This document shows, piece by piece, positions 1-13,200 of a stretch of DNA of 64,000 bases. Source of the stretch: the human T2T-CHM13v2.0 reference genome, Homo sapiens. The notes beneath the pieces were generated by a model that saw only the letters and a list, made by a program, of their open reading frames with translations, was not told the DNA's origin and ran no database searches. The stretch is taken from assembly GCF_009914755.1 (NCBI RefSeq), contig NC_060943.1, one strand, 5' to 3'. Numbering within the stretch: the stretch's first letter is position 1; each line of letters starts with the position of its first letter. The position numbers and the translations under genes were made by a program.

Positions 1-3000
1 GAAGTCCACCTAACGGTAATTTCCACATCCCCAAAATGTATCATCGGAATAGACATCCTTGGAACTTAGCAGATCTCCAGAGTGGCTCCTTGGACCTTTG
101 GGCAAGAACCATCATGGTGCAGAAGGTCAAGTGGTAGTCTCTCAAGTTGTTCCTGCACCATCCAACATAGAAAATACGCATATGATGGAAGGGTGGTAGG
201 TTCCATCATACCGCATTAATTCACCAGTCTGATTCCTACAAAAACAAGGTAGATCATGAAGGGTGACAGTAGACAACCTCGGTGAGATGCATGCCCTCCA
301 GAGGGTGGCAGATAAGCCCTAAGAAATTTCAGAGACCCACCAAGTCAATGAAGTTTTTGAGGATCCAATGATCAAAGACATACCAGGGACCCGGTGGGGT
401 GGTTCACGCCTGTAATCCCAGCAATTTGGGAGGCCAAAGAGGGCAGATCATTTGAGGCCAGAAGTTTGAGACCAGCCTGACCAACATGGTGAAACACCAA
501 CCATCTCTACAAAAAAAAGAAAAAATAGCCAGGTGTGACATAGCCTGTAGTCCCAACTAGTCAAGAGGCTGAGGCATGAGAATCACTTGAACCTGGAGCT
601 GGAGGTTGCAGTAAGCCAAGATCATGCCAGTGCACTCCAGCCTGGGTGATAGAAAGAGATTCTGTCTCCAAAAAAAAAAAAAAAGTACATACCAGAACAT
701 CCCATCTGTAGGGAAGGACACCTCACATTTCACACTGCATCTCACATTTCACTTTGTCAGCTACACCTCTGTGGGTTCTGGAAGCAGCTATCCCACATTT
801 CAGAATATTGCTGCTATCCATGTACTGAGTGACAGGAGTGTCTTCCATTGAAAGGGGCACCAATCAGGAGAGGTCTCTGCAACTTGACCAAGACCTGGTG
901 AATTCCTCATGACCCAGCAGACACAGGGTCACTGAGGTGGAAAACGACTATCCAGAATTTATGCAGTAAGAAAGTATGCACCATATGCAAATAAACAAAA
1001 CAACAACAACTCATGGTTTACTTGTGGGCCCTGGTAGAGACAGATTTTCCGCCCACGGAATGCCTAGTTACCACCCAGTTACCAACCAGTAGGAGCTTTC
1101 CATCATGAACTGGGTTTTGTCAGAGCCACCAAGTTATAAGGTCAGGTAGATCCAGAACTTATCCATTGTAATATGGAAGAATTTTATCTAGAATTGGCAT
1201 GAGTAGGACCACAGGGCACAGGTAGGCTGCATGAGCTGGTAGCCCAGACCCCTATGACACCCACTACTGATCCAGCAGCACCTCCTTCCTCAGCTAACAC
1301 CTGCGGAACCCTGGTGACCCCTCTAAGCAGCTGGTGGAGAAAGAAAAAGGCTAATCTTGGTTCTTAGCTCAGTGTGTGAATACAAGCTGCAAACAGACCC
1401 CTGCTGTGATATACAGTCCCACAGAGTCATGGCTTTGAAAGACAGTAGTTAGGGAAAAATTCTTCCCCATAGCCGACCTTCAGGTGGTGAATCTGGTAAT
1501 TTACTCTGTATGGAAAAATAAGTGGGCTGACATAAGAATACATGTAGAGTCATGGGTAGTAGCAAATGGCTTGGCTGGTTGGTCAAGAGCCCTGGAAAAG
1601 GAACAGCTGGAAGACTGAAGACAAAGAGACCTGGGAAAGAGAGGATTATGGATGGGTCTATGAGAAGGCACAAGTGGGATGATCCTTGTATTACACAATA
1701 ATGCCATTAGGGAGCAGTCATCATGGAAGAAGCAGTAAACAATCAAGTAGAAAGAATGACTCGGCCCGTTGATATGGGACTAATTTCTGTCATTGGTCAT
1801 TGGGCTTGCACAGTGGCCACATGAATGCAGCAAAGACCTGATAGCACAAACATTATGCATGGGCCCAGTAGCATGAACCCCTATTCCCTAAGACTTATCT
1901 AGTTCCTAGCACCACCAAATATCCAGCTTGCCAGCCACAGCGACCAATGTGTTAATCCCTAATGTGACTTCATACCAAAAGAAGGCTAACCATCCACTTG
2001 GGGGCAACTTGATTACACTGGATCCCTTCCATCTTGGAAAAGGTAGGGATTCAAATTGATAGGAATTCACATACTCTGGATTTAAGTTTGCCTTTCCTGG
2101 CCACAAGTCTTTAGCTAGCACTACTATCCAAGAGTTTACACCAATACTAGATCCCACACAATGTTGCATTGTAGTTAGGGAAGATGTAAGAGTTGAAATA
2201 TGACCATGAGAGTGGAAATATGACCACGATAGAGCCACACTGGCTCTATCACTTATCCCAACAAAAAGAAAACTGCCAACTCGGTAGAGCAATAGAATGG
2301 CCCTTTGAAGATTCAGCTCAAGCACCAACTTGGGGATGATATCCTGGAAGAATAGGACATCCTTCTCCAGAACTCAGTGTAAACTCCAAAACAATGAAAA
2401 TTGTATGTTTGTGCATCCCCAACAGGTGGAATACATGAGGTCAGGATCCAAAGGGTAGAAGCAGGAGCGGCCCCGCTTTCCATCCTTCCCACTGATCCAT
2501 TTACAGAAGTAGTGCTTAGCATCCTGGTAACGCCAGGTGCTGTGCATCTAGAGGTTCTGAGTCCTGGACAAGGCACTCTTCCACCAGATAACTTGGCAAG
2601 AGTCCCATTATATTTTTAGCTACAGTTGTCATCTGTTCACTTAGGATTCTTATGCTGAGAATCTAGCAAGAAAGGAAAGGAGGAGATAGAGTTGTTGTTA
2701 CATGATGGAGGCAGCCAGCTGATCCACTAGGGTACCCTTTGTCACTGGGGCCCTATCGTGAAAACAGAACGAATGCAACAGCCATGTCGAGAAGGGCATG
2801 GTGTCCAGAGCACCATACACTTTAGAGAGGAGGGCTTGGTCACTGCACCAGCTGAGCAGCTCAGACCAATAGAAGTGTCAGCCAAGGATAAGAAGCAAAT
2901 AATGACATAAGAGTATATAGAGAATCGTGGGGAGTAGCAAATGGCCTGGCACTACAGAAAGCAGAGATGATGAGTAATAGATGTGGCCCAAAGACCAGCT

Positions 3001-3143
3001 GCAGGGGTGGGATTGTGGTTTGTCCCAATGACACTCCTCTTATAAGTCTCCCCTGAAGAAAAGAAACAACCAAGATCCTGGAAGAGCTGCTTATAAAATT
3101 TATTATACGAAACAAGTAGTTCTACATAATGCAGGGGGCAGAC
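1..3143 (+). mobile_element. Degenerate class III endogenous retrovirus internal region (ERVL / ERV3-16A3-like): RT, RNase H, integrase and dUTPase-like remnants; interrupted by an Alu
   Basis: Frameshifted ERVL pol motifs: RT segment GWQI.PKKFQRP..SMKFL (~303-365); RNase H SWVVANGLAGWS (~1549-1584); integrase QLDYTGSLPSWK (~2005-2040); dUTPase-like LEVLSPGQGTLPP (ORF 2401-2619). Polypurine tract gcagggggcagac lies immediately before the LTR. Confidence 0.85.
387..684 (+). mobile_element. Alu (AluS-like) inserted in ERVL pol
   Basis: Dimeric Alu with poly-A tail; TSD acataccag at 378-386 and 687-695. Confidence 0.95.
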
Positions 3144-3562
3144 TGTAGTGTTCTCTGTGTGCCACTAATTCCAGCTCCTGAGAGTCTTGGTGGCTGGCAG
3201 CTCTTAACTGAGTTCCCTCTTGAAAATTGTCCTTAGCTGAAGAGAACAGCCTTATTCAAGATTACATCTCCTCCCCAGGGGCAGCCACCATCCAATGACT
3301 GGTTGATGCACTGGGGATCTGGTGGTTTAAAGCCCCAAACTCCATGGCAGGACATTTCTGCAGAGCCATGCTAGCTCCAGCATGTACCATAGCATTTGTT
3401 GAGGCCTCTTCTGCAACTTTATGATGGTGCAACTTCTCCTTATGCCCAGTCTTGCTTTTCTGACTCTTCACAGCTGTTGCTCCTAAAAGCATCCCCCAGG
3501 GAACACTCTACACAAATTTCTGAGGCTCGGCATCTGATTTCTTGGAAACCTGACTTAGGATA
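3144..3562 (+). mobile_element. LTR16A-like 3' LTR of the ERVL
   Basis: Starts tgtagtg after the PPT; contains gcagcc..atccaatgactgg; ends ggaaacctgacttaggata, resembling the LTR16A end. Confidence 0.75.
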
Positions 3563-3603
3563 AATACTTCTTTTAAAAGATGGATCTGTTTGTGTTGCCA
3601 TAT

Positions 3604-3605
<2 letters not shown>

Positions 3606-3634
<29 letters not shown>
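3606..3634. repeat. (CA)n microsatellite
   Basis: Perfect AC run. Confidence 0.97.
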
Positions 3635-3635
<1 letters not shown>

Positions 3636-3739
3636 TCCAAAACCCTTCCTGTGTTCTGTTCCTCTGAGGACAAAGACCAAATGTCTTACCCTGGACCTTG
3701 GAGTCCTGTTTGGTCTGGCATCCACCAATATATCTCTGC

Positions 3740-4133
3740 AGCTCCTCTCCCCACACCACTTCCTTCCATGCTCTCTTTCCCACCTTGCACTGGCCTTCTT
3801 TGAGTTGCCTGGGTATGACAGGCTTTCTCCTGCCCCGGAGCCTTTGAACATTCTGATTCTTCTGTGTAGAAAGACCTCGTAATCTCTATTCTTTATCCAA
3901 CCTTCAGACCAAATGTCTTCTTCAGAGAAGCCTTTGATCTTCCCCAGATTTGATCAGATTCTCTGTTATGTGGACTCATAACACTGTGTACTCTCATTCA
4001 TAACACTTACGAGTTTGAATTATTTGTTTGTGCCACTGGTGGATTAATGTCTATTTTGCTCACCATTATAGTTCTAGCATTTGTACCATGCCCCACTCCT
4101 AGCTGACAATAAATAGCTGTTAAATTAGTGACT
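3740..4133 (+). mobile_element. L2 LINE 3' fragment
   Basis: L2-type motifs aaatgtcttcttcagagaagcctt, ttttgctcacc, ataaatagctgttaaattagtga. Confidence 0.6.
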
Positions 4134-4926
4134 AAGATGTTAATTCTCCTAACCCAGACTTAAACCCCTCAACACAAAAATACAGCCTTTTTCACCATAC
4201 TCTGTCTTTTGTGGGTATTCTCCTTGCCTAGTGACTTAAAAGGTAGTTGCAGGGGCTAGGACACAGCAGGACCTCAATGAACCAGCCCTGAGTTTACATC
4301 TTAGGTAATTAACGCATCTATGTTTTCTCCTGTTAGACTGTGAGCTCCTTGAGAGAAGGCGTTCTCTCTTGCCTAAACCTCAAGCCAGGAGCTCAGCGAA
4401 TGTTTATGGCTTTAAATCTTCAGGAAGTATGAATGTAAACATCTGGCTATTTTGAAGTGTGTAGGTGGTTTGGTTTTTACTTCTTCCAGAGAGTTTGCAT
4501 CACACAGGCACACAAATTGCTAACATAGGGTGTTAGAGGTCCTAGGGTGCCAATCGGCTCATATTTACTAATCATAGTCTGTGCTCCATAGGACCAAGGA
4601 AGGAGTAGCTCTGAGGGAAGTGTGCCCCTGGTATTCACCACTGTGCTAAATTCACAAGTGTGCCAGAGAGGTCTCAGAGCAGGAAAGCTGTCCAGTCACA
4701 CAAATGCCGCAATGCACTCTAGTATAGGGCTGACAAGCTCAAATGCTTCTTAGGCTGAAGGTGAACAAGTGAGGGAGGATTTCGCCCAAAGCAGGCAGCA
4801 GGGACTTCACACTGGCTAGATGCTGCCATGCAAGATAGGAGCCCTGTGTTGCTAGATATTCTGATTTTTTCAAGAGAATCCAGAACTGGATTGCTGTGGA
4901 ACTTGCCCAGCTTTATATTTGTCCTC

Positions 4927-5041
<115 letters not shown>

Positions 5042-5109
5042 CAACAAAAGACATTGTGCTTTCCAAACAAAATACACCCAAACCAGAGCCAAGTTCATGG
5101 GAAGCTTTG

Positions 5110-5205
5110 GGTTGAAAGTCAGAATATGCAGTCTCTTCAAACTCACTGCAAGACCAGGCACGTCCCTAGAAAAGGTGTGCCTCAGTTTCCCCATCTGTCA
5201 ACTGA
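5110..5205 (+). mobile_element. MIR fragment
   Basis: MIR core gcctcagtttccccatctgt. Confidence 0.55.
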
Positions 5206-8200
5206 GTCATTTGGGCCAGATATTCCAGCCGTCACATTGTGGGTATCCTTCTGGATGTGAGGTAGAAATCCTGCTCCCTGCCTGGCAATTCTCTCACCCC
5301 AAAACAAATCATTTTCATTTACAATTTGAAGCCAGTGACTAGAAAGGTATTTTGCCAGGATTTCCATTTCTTTCAAGGGCTAATTACAAAAGACAGGGGG
5401 GAAAGCTCTCACCATGCTCTCTTTCACATCTCATTACATTTATTCAGCTTTATTACTAACGCTTTGTTCATATAATTTTCACCCTGGGATCTACACTTTT
5501 GTGCAGTTACCCCAAGTCAGGGAACCCGCCTTAACTCCAGAGGTCTTCATCACCTCCTCTGGTGTTCTTAGGATTTTAAAGTGACAATCTTTGTGTTCAG
5601 AAAAGCTTTCTGAGCAGAGTGTTTTTCAAGAGCATGCTGTCCTGCCCAAGGATGAGGCTGCCATCTAAGGTGGTCCAAGGGACGCCTGGGGACTTGCTCC
5701 CACCATCACCAAGTCCCTGTCTCAATCCGGGATGCACAGACGCTCCTGGGGTGGCCTGCGTTTTGGAGGCTGCCCAGGAGGAGCCGGAGGAAATAGATGG
5801 CTTCCAGAGTCATCCTACCCCGAATCTGGACTAGAAGCTATCGTGTTCTCCTGAAACTGTCCAGCCCCTTCCACAGATCGTCACACACCTTCTCCAGCAC
5901 ACCACCCCCGGCCACCTCCACGTGTTAGTGGGCAAAGCCAAGGCTCTGATTTTGGAAGCTCGTCTCGGATTGCTTCACATGGATTCAGGAAACAAGTCCC
6001 AAAAGAAGCCAAAAGGAAAACTACAGGAAATGTGCACACCACTCACCATGAAATACCAACCCAAAGGACAAACTCGGTAATCCCACCAATGTTGTCCCAA
6101 ACCCGTGATGGCTAGCAGCCGACAAATACCCGCAGACCTCAATCCATTTTTATTGTATTCAGGCCTCAGTGTTGTATTTCCTGCCTCCCCTTAGCACCAC
6201 ACATACAGTGTACTTGAAAACAAAAATCTATAATATTGATCCCGCAATGTCACCACAATTATTCTTTTGAAACAGCCATTGAAAACAAATTACATCTGCA
6301 CTGCCTTTTCATCCGCCCGCTGCGAGTGAGCAATGCTCACTGCGGTCTCCAGCACTGTGGCGTTGGCACTGTGTCACCGCCGACAGGACAGCCCAGGGAA
6401 AGGTGGCTGGGGCGGGGGGGTTCAGAATGAAAACCAGAGCGAAGGGCCGATTTAGGAGGGCACAGGGTCTCTGCCTGGCCAGGCAGCTCAGGAGGGGTCT
6501 GGATCCAGGATGGCTGCAAACTCGGTCAATCTGAGAAATTCTAGGTCTTCATATAGGGCTACTGTCAGGGCACAAGGACTCCCCAGTAGACCAAATGCGG
6601 TAGTTGGGATGATTAAATCAACAAAGATTTAGCCAAGGCCTTTCGGATACTCGCTTTAAAATCTAATGACAGTAAGTGTTAATTGAAGCAACATGGTCGT
6701 CATCTGAGAGCTCGTAATTCTACCGACAAATTAAACCTCCTTAAATAGACCATTGAGCTCAAAGCAGGAGAGATGCCCATGGTCCTAGCTGTCTGCCACC
6801 CCCAATTCCAACTGACTTCAAGGTGACCCTCCTGAAGAAGGCCATGTTGTCCTTTTCTTCCAGCAAGCTGCATCTCCAGAGCATCCAGAGGTAGCAGAGA
6901 CCTCACCAGTCGCCTGCCATCCTGCCACAGAGCTGAGGATTGGCACAAATGTGGTGCCCCAGACCCCAGCAAGATCCCTGATCCCAGCTGTAACACACCA
7001 GCCAGTTGCCCTGAGAATGTCTGTGGTTGGGGGCCTGCTTGTTTGTTTTAGATTGTCATACTTGGAAAAATTCTCTCTGTGCAATAATTAAATTCCATGC
7101 CACCGAGTGGTGGGCAAAGGGAAATTCTTTTGTTAAGGTTTGACCACACAAGTCACAGCGGTGGCTCTAGCAGCCGGGAAGTGATAACTTTGGAGCATTA
7201 AAAAAACCAATAGCCTTGTTGACATGGACATGGGAACCTAACCCCTGAAGCCTCCTGGTATGACGCATTGATTTTCCTGTCCGTGTACAGTTCTAAAGCC
7301 ATCCATTCTGTATGGTCAGGACTCAAAGGGCCAGAGAGAGGGAAAAAATCTGTTCTTGCCGCTGTACCTCCAGGCAAAGTTGAGAAATAAATTCTACATT
7401 TTGAGAGATGATTTGTTCAAGCCATGTTTAAGAGAATATGATTGCATTAAAAAAGGGAAAAAATATTTTGTTACCCTGACCCCCGTAACCTGTAGCCACT
7501 GATCCTCATGCAAAATCTAGATGCCATGGACAGCACAGTGTAGAGGGAGGATGGTGGTGGAAGGGCTGAAGAGGGCGTCAGGAACTGGGGTGCTTTTTTT
7601 ATAATTCTCCAAATAATATCACCAAGCTGCCGGATAATTTCTCAGATAATCCTAGCATGTCCACCTGTCATTGCTCCGACCCTCTGCTACTGTTGTTTTG
7701 CAAGAATGCTTCTCCTTTTTGTTCAAGGGTCCCTTGAGAAATTGCCACATTCCCTGCTTGCTTTCCAAGCCTCTCTTTTTTGCAGCTAAAACAGGCCAGG
7801 CAGCTCACTCTTCAGGGTCTGCCTGAGAGGCACCCCGACCTGCTGTCCCCATGCCATGGCAGCCAGACAGGACAAGGCTCCCCAGAGAGCCTTCCAGCCC
7901 CTCCTCCCTTCTTCTGTGCACCATGGAGTCCTCATTCAACATGTCTCTATGTGACCAAAACCCCTCCCTGTTCTCAGTAGTGATGGGGAGAGGGATGCTG
8001 GGTGAAGGAGAGAGAGAGAGCCCAGGCTATGGGGAAATTTGCTGAGACACCGCAGGGGATTCCATGTGCGGTTGGCTTCGCATGTTCAGTACTTTTTGAG
8101 TGTTTAGCTATTTTAGTTCCAAATAAAGAAACCTTCAGTGCCGGTCAGGAGGTAGAGCTCACAGAAGTAGAAGACTACTGTTTGAGCTGCAAATTTGCAG

Positions 8201-8659
8201 TGTCGTTCTGCAAAGTATTACATACATCATTTCCTGGTGCAGAGGAATATTGAGCTATTTCAGTGAAGCCAAAAAGGAAAGACCAAAATCATGCAATTTT
8301 CCTGACCTAGACAGAACTACGGACGGAATACAGAAATAGCAAATGCTAAAATGAATGTTCTTACAAGATCTGTCTATATAAACATAGAATCCACATATCC
8401 CAAGTGTATGCAATGTGAACTCAACATCAGCATGCATGCACACTAGTTAAAGTCATAAACCCAGTCACACAAAACATTCCTACCAGATGATTCCATCTTG
8501 CCAGACCTATAGGAGTATTCCTAAATTAGGTTGGTATGAATGTGTTTGTATATTTATTATTAAAATACTTACTGTTCTGCCTTTTGAAGTAGATGGACAA
8601 ATGATTTAGGAGTGGAAATAGACTAGAAACAAAATTAATGCAAATAATGTGTTGATTTT

Positions 8660-9360
8660 TTTTTAGCTTGATTAGCCAAGCCAATGGAAAATTCTAGAAA
8701 ACGTATACAATTATTTTAACTGTCACAGGCTGGCAATTGTAATTGACATGATTTGTACGAGATGCAGTGTAATAACTGAATATATTAAAAAAAAATCTCA
8801 TGCCTTGATTACCAGGAGAACATTACTAGTGCCACAATATTATTAACAACACAATTATCGTGGCATCCCCAGGATACGCTCTTAGCACTTCAATGCATTA
8901 GTGAACCTTTGCTAACGAAGAAAAAATTAAAGTACAGCAAATTTCAAAGCACCAGTTGTACCCAATATCATTAAAAATTTATAAAACTTCCCCTGAACAT
9001 GACAAGTGTTTGGTTTAAATGAAGATCAGCCACAAGGAGAAAGCAGAAATCTTGTTATTCTTTGTCTCCTTTCTTAGCCTCCCTCTCTCCCTCTCTCTTT
9101 TCCCCAAACCTCCCCCAACCAGCACCACCTCAATCCAGCTGAAATATGTAACCATTACAGAGTGACAGCTTGACACACAATGACCCGTCAGAACATTCAT
9201 CTCGCAATGTTTTATTTTAGTGAGGAGCCAAACTGCAGAAAAAATAAGCAAGTTGTTTCAAGGCTTGGAAGGAGATCAAACATTTCTGGCATCCCCACTT
9301 ACCAGACCTTTGATTTACAATGGACTTGTCAGAGCCCGATTAGACAGTGTGTGCTTAAAA
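8660..9360. promoter_or_regulatory. Putative conserved non-coding element / enhancer
   Basis: Unique AT-rich DNA with TGACA sites (9163, 9171, 9327) and a PBX-HOX-like TGATTTAC (9311); conservation not verified. Confidence 0.45.
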
Positions 9361-9849
9361 ACCTACAGAGGCTCCTCCATGCCCCAGCCCACCACCATTT
9401 CCCCCACCAACAGCATGCCTTTGTTCCCCGGAACCAGCAAGGCAGGCTAAACAGAGACTTTGCACCCTTGCAAGAGGACCAGGGACCACGTAAAAGCCAA
9501 ATAGGCTGCAATTAAATTCTTCTTGCCAAGGTGAAAAAAGAAAGAGAGGGTCAGAGATGTGGGGGAGACAGGCACAGAGAGAGGCAAGAGAAAGGAGAGA
9601 AAAAGAGAGGATGAGAGGAGAGAAAAGGGATGAAGGGAGAGGAGAAGGTACAAGCTGAGTTCCTTCTGCTAGTCTCTTTACCTCTCCTTCCAAGTCAAAA
9701 GTTATCATCTTCCCCAAAAAAAAAAAAAAAAATACCCTGCCATTCCTACCACCAGTGAGCTTTCTCAACCTTATTCAAACGAGAACACTCAGCTTACAAA
9801 AAAAATGAATTGAACCAAAAGTGCAGGTGTGTAAAATATGTTCACGGTA

Positions 9850-10230
9850 TTACGATTTTTGCTAGTAATTACAACTATGAAAATGGCTGGAAATATATTG
9901 TTTCAATTTGTATGGAGAACAATTGCAGGGAGAGAGAGAGCAGTGTGATCTGTGCCTGGCATTGGAATGTATAATTCCTTAACCCTATATGGCAGCATGG
10001 GGCTTGCTGGAGCAAATTATGAATACATGTGTTTGGAGAGTCTGAATAGTAAATTTGGGTTTTGCACATCCATAACAATGCAATCTGACAAGTGTGATTT
10101 ATGGAATATTAAGTTAATACAGTATTATGAAATTAGCTTAATGTACTAAAGCTGTAATTTTAAAGTGAAAAACAATGCAACCAGATGTAAACAATATCAA
10201 CATTAGCATTTTGTGAAAGCTGAAACCAAC
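9850..10230. promoter_or_regulatory. Putative enhancer with MEIS + PBX-HOX composite, SOX and FOX sites
   Basis: TGACAA 10086-10091 next to TGATTTATGG 10095-10104; AACAATG at 10074 and 10171; GTAAACAA at 10187. Confidence 0.5.
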
Positions 10231-13200
10231 TCACTCAAAATGCGTCTGTAGAGTCATGGAGTTACCTCGCCCAACCAGGCCCAAGTTGTTGAAAGTTTCA
10301 GACACCAGAATAAAATTCCCTACTCAGTAGGTACAGCTGCTTTCTCTCCACCCAAAGCCTGCTGTGCCCGCTGCAATATTATTAACCACACCACCCCCAC
10401 CCCTTGGGGGAAATCATCAGAAATTATTCTGAGCTCTTCAGACTAGAGGAACTGGTGATAACTCTGCAGGCTGAGCTCAAAGGGCCTCCCTCCTGGCACT
10501 GCCTGCCTCACCCACAATAACCCTGGAGTTGAACTCTGAGGAGAAAGAGCTTGGTGCCAGATGCAATCCCAGGAACTCAGGGTTTCAAGCCTGCAATGAA
10601 AGGAACTCCAAGGCCAAGCAAACCGTGTCGATGTAAAACAGCAAATCTAGCAGCGTAGTCCTAAGACTCCTCAGAGGGGAGGCCTACCAAAGCCACAGAG
10701 ACTTATGACATAAAAGAGAACTAGAAACCTTTGGGCTACATCAGGATAAGCCATCCTGAAGCGCAGTGTGGCTGCGTGCGGGCCAGCCCAAGATGACAGA
10801 AACCGGTGAGCATGCACACAGTGGGCTTCCCCTGGGCTCTGCTATCAAGGACTACAGGCCAAGGGGATGGATTTGGGCCAGATGAAGGTTCCCCACTGTC
10901 CCCTAACCCTCTCCCCAATCCCATTTCACCTCTCATCTCCCAAGGACAGAGGATTTATTGGAACAGTGCCTCCACCGCAGACAGATGTCTGAAACTCCAG
11001 GACAGAAGGGAATGTTATGGTGCTTGAACAGTGTGAAGAACCCATTAGAAAATATTTCCTTGGCTGTCTTTGCTTTCAATCGAGATTGCTAGAAATGTCA
11101 TAGATTTAAATGAGTGGATATGTCTGGAACCCAAACATGGCCACCCTTGGGCGCCATTTTCCTTCCCTGACCCAAGCATGCTACCCCTTGGAGAGCAACA
11201 GGGTTGTAACCCAAACACAGATCTCCGCAGATCCTTGAGGAAATAAGATTAAAGCACTGTTCCTGGGTTCCACTGGACATAAGGGCCTGGTCATCACAGT
11301 TTACTCAGATTCCCAAGACTTAGGATTAAATAAAGACCTCTAGGAACAGAGAGGCAAAACCATACATATTGGTTCCTGCCATATTGTTGAATATTAAGCT
11401 TATTTGATGAAAGACAGGATTCCTGTCTGGGACCAAAACCAGATTCATTTCTCTAGGAAGATATCTCATATGAAATACCTTATGGACTTCCTTGGCAAAG
11501 GTCAGACCCCAAATCCCATGCTGTGGTGACCTCCACTTCAGAGAAGGCCCAGTGCATATACACACTGATAAACACTGATGTTCGAGTAAGTATATCCACA
11601 TTAGATTTTTACAGCATTTTCTTTTTAAGATTCCCTGTGTATGGCTTAATGTGGTAATCAGGATTATTTCATTTATCTAGCATGTCACAGTGCCTTCCTA
11701 TACCCATGGTAAAAATAAGAGCATTCTATTTAAAATAAAGGAAAAGTATATGTCAAAGTTAGAGATGAAACAGTTGCCGGAGTCCACACTGGAGAAAATC
11801 AATTCACAAATCTTGCAGCGAGGTTCTGTGCCTCTCCTGCCTTGCAAAGGCGCCCGGCTGTTTTCTGCTGTTTATTGGGTTTTGTTTTTAAGATGCCCTG
11901 CATTTATAACAGGAGCTAGAGAACCGAGAGCTGAAAGCCAATACTAATGTTTTAATTCCATCAAGTATGTTTCAATTCCTATTTTGCATTTTGCATTAGG
12001 CACCCGGACTCAGTCAATACTTCACAGCACCGTGGCTTGCAGCCGGGCACAGGGGCTTCACCTAAGCTGACAAATGATTATGCTTCACAACGTGAGGATA
12101 AACAGGGCTTAGAGTCAGAAGCCTGCTCATTGCTCTTTCCTGCTACAAAGAACAAATACATTGTCTAGTCACAATATGTTTATTTAAAGAGACCACCGTG
12201 TAAGTTGCTTCTTCATGTGACTTCCTTTTCAGGAAGCCACCTTTCTTCCTCCAAAATTATTAATCTCCAAAAATAACATAATCCTCCATGGGACAGTGAG
12301 ATGTTCTACCTCAGTGTTACAACCCAGGAAATGGAGACATAGATGGTTAGTGTCCTACCACCTCTGTGAGTCCTCACTCCAGTCCGAGGAGTTAGTCAAC
12401 TCTCTCTTTTCTCAGCTGAAGAATGACACTGTGGGCAGCTTTCTTGATTCTGAAAGATAAAGATGCTACAAACTTAAAAAAATAAAATAAAATAAGTATA
12501 CGTCTGCTCCAAGCTCAAATTGCTATTTTTGGTCCCCTCCTTAAACCAGGAAATGTTCGGTATCTTAGCCTCTATTTTTTTCTGCATTTATAAATCCAAA
12601 TATTTTAACTAGAAAAAAGGGGTTGGGTAGTAACAAACTCTGACACAAAGGGTCGTCATTAAAGGTCCTCTAAATTCAAACTAATATAACTTTTAAAAAA
12701 TTACACAAATAAACTCAATAAAAACTATACACAATACACAAATAAAAAGTGTGGGGATGGGGGTGTGTGTGTGCACGGGGGCGTGCATGAAACAGATGGG
12801 CTTCTCGAATTCTCTTTATTCTAATAAGACTTATGAAATAAAATCAGAATAGATGCTTTATCTCTAAAAAGCAGTTTTTTGATAAACCTCAAAATCAGTC
12901 CTCATGTTCCTACTTGCGTCACACAGTATCAGACCAGACCTTGCTAATTTCTCTGGAGGAGTCAATGATTCAACTCCAGGACTGACAGTTGTATAAGTAG
13001 AATCTTTCTGAAAATCTGCCTCTCAATTGCAGTCACAGGAGTAAACTGGTTTACTTGTTCTAAGAACAGTGGAGCAACATCTGTAGCTCAGAGGTGAGAA
13101 GCGATGGAAAGAAAAATACCCTAAGATGGGCTAAATGTCCCCAGACCCGAACCTTAAGGCCTTTCTCTCCCGGCAGGTACATGGCCCCACTCTCGCCCCA

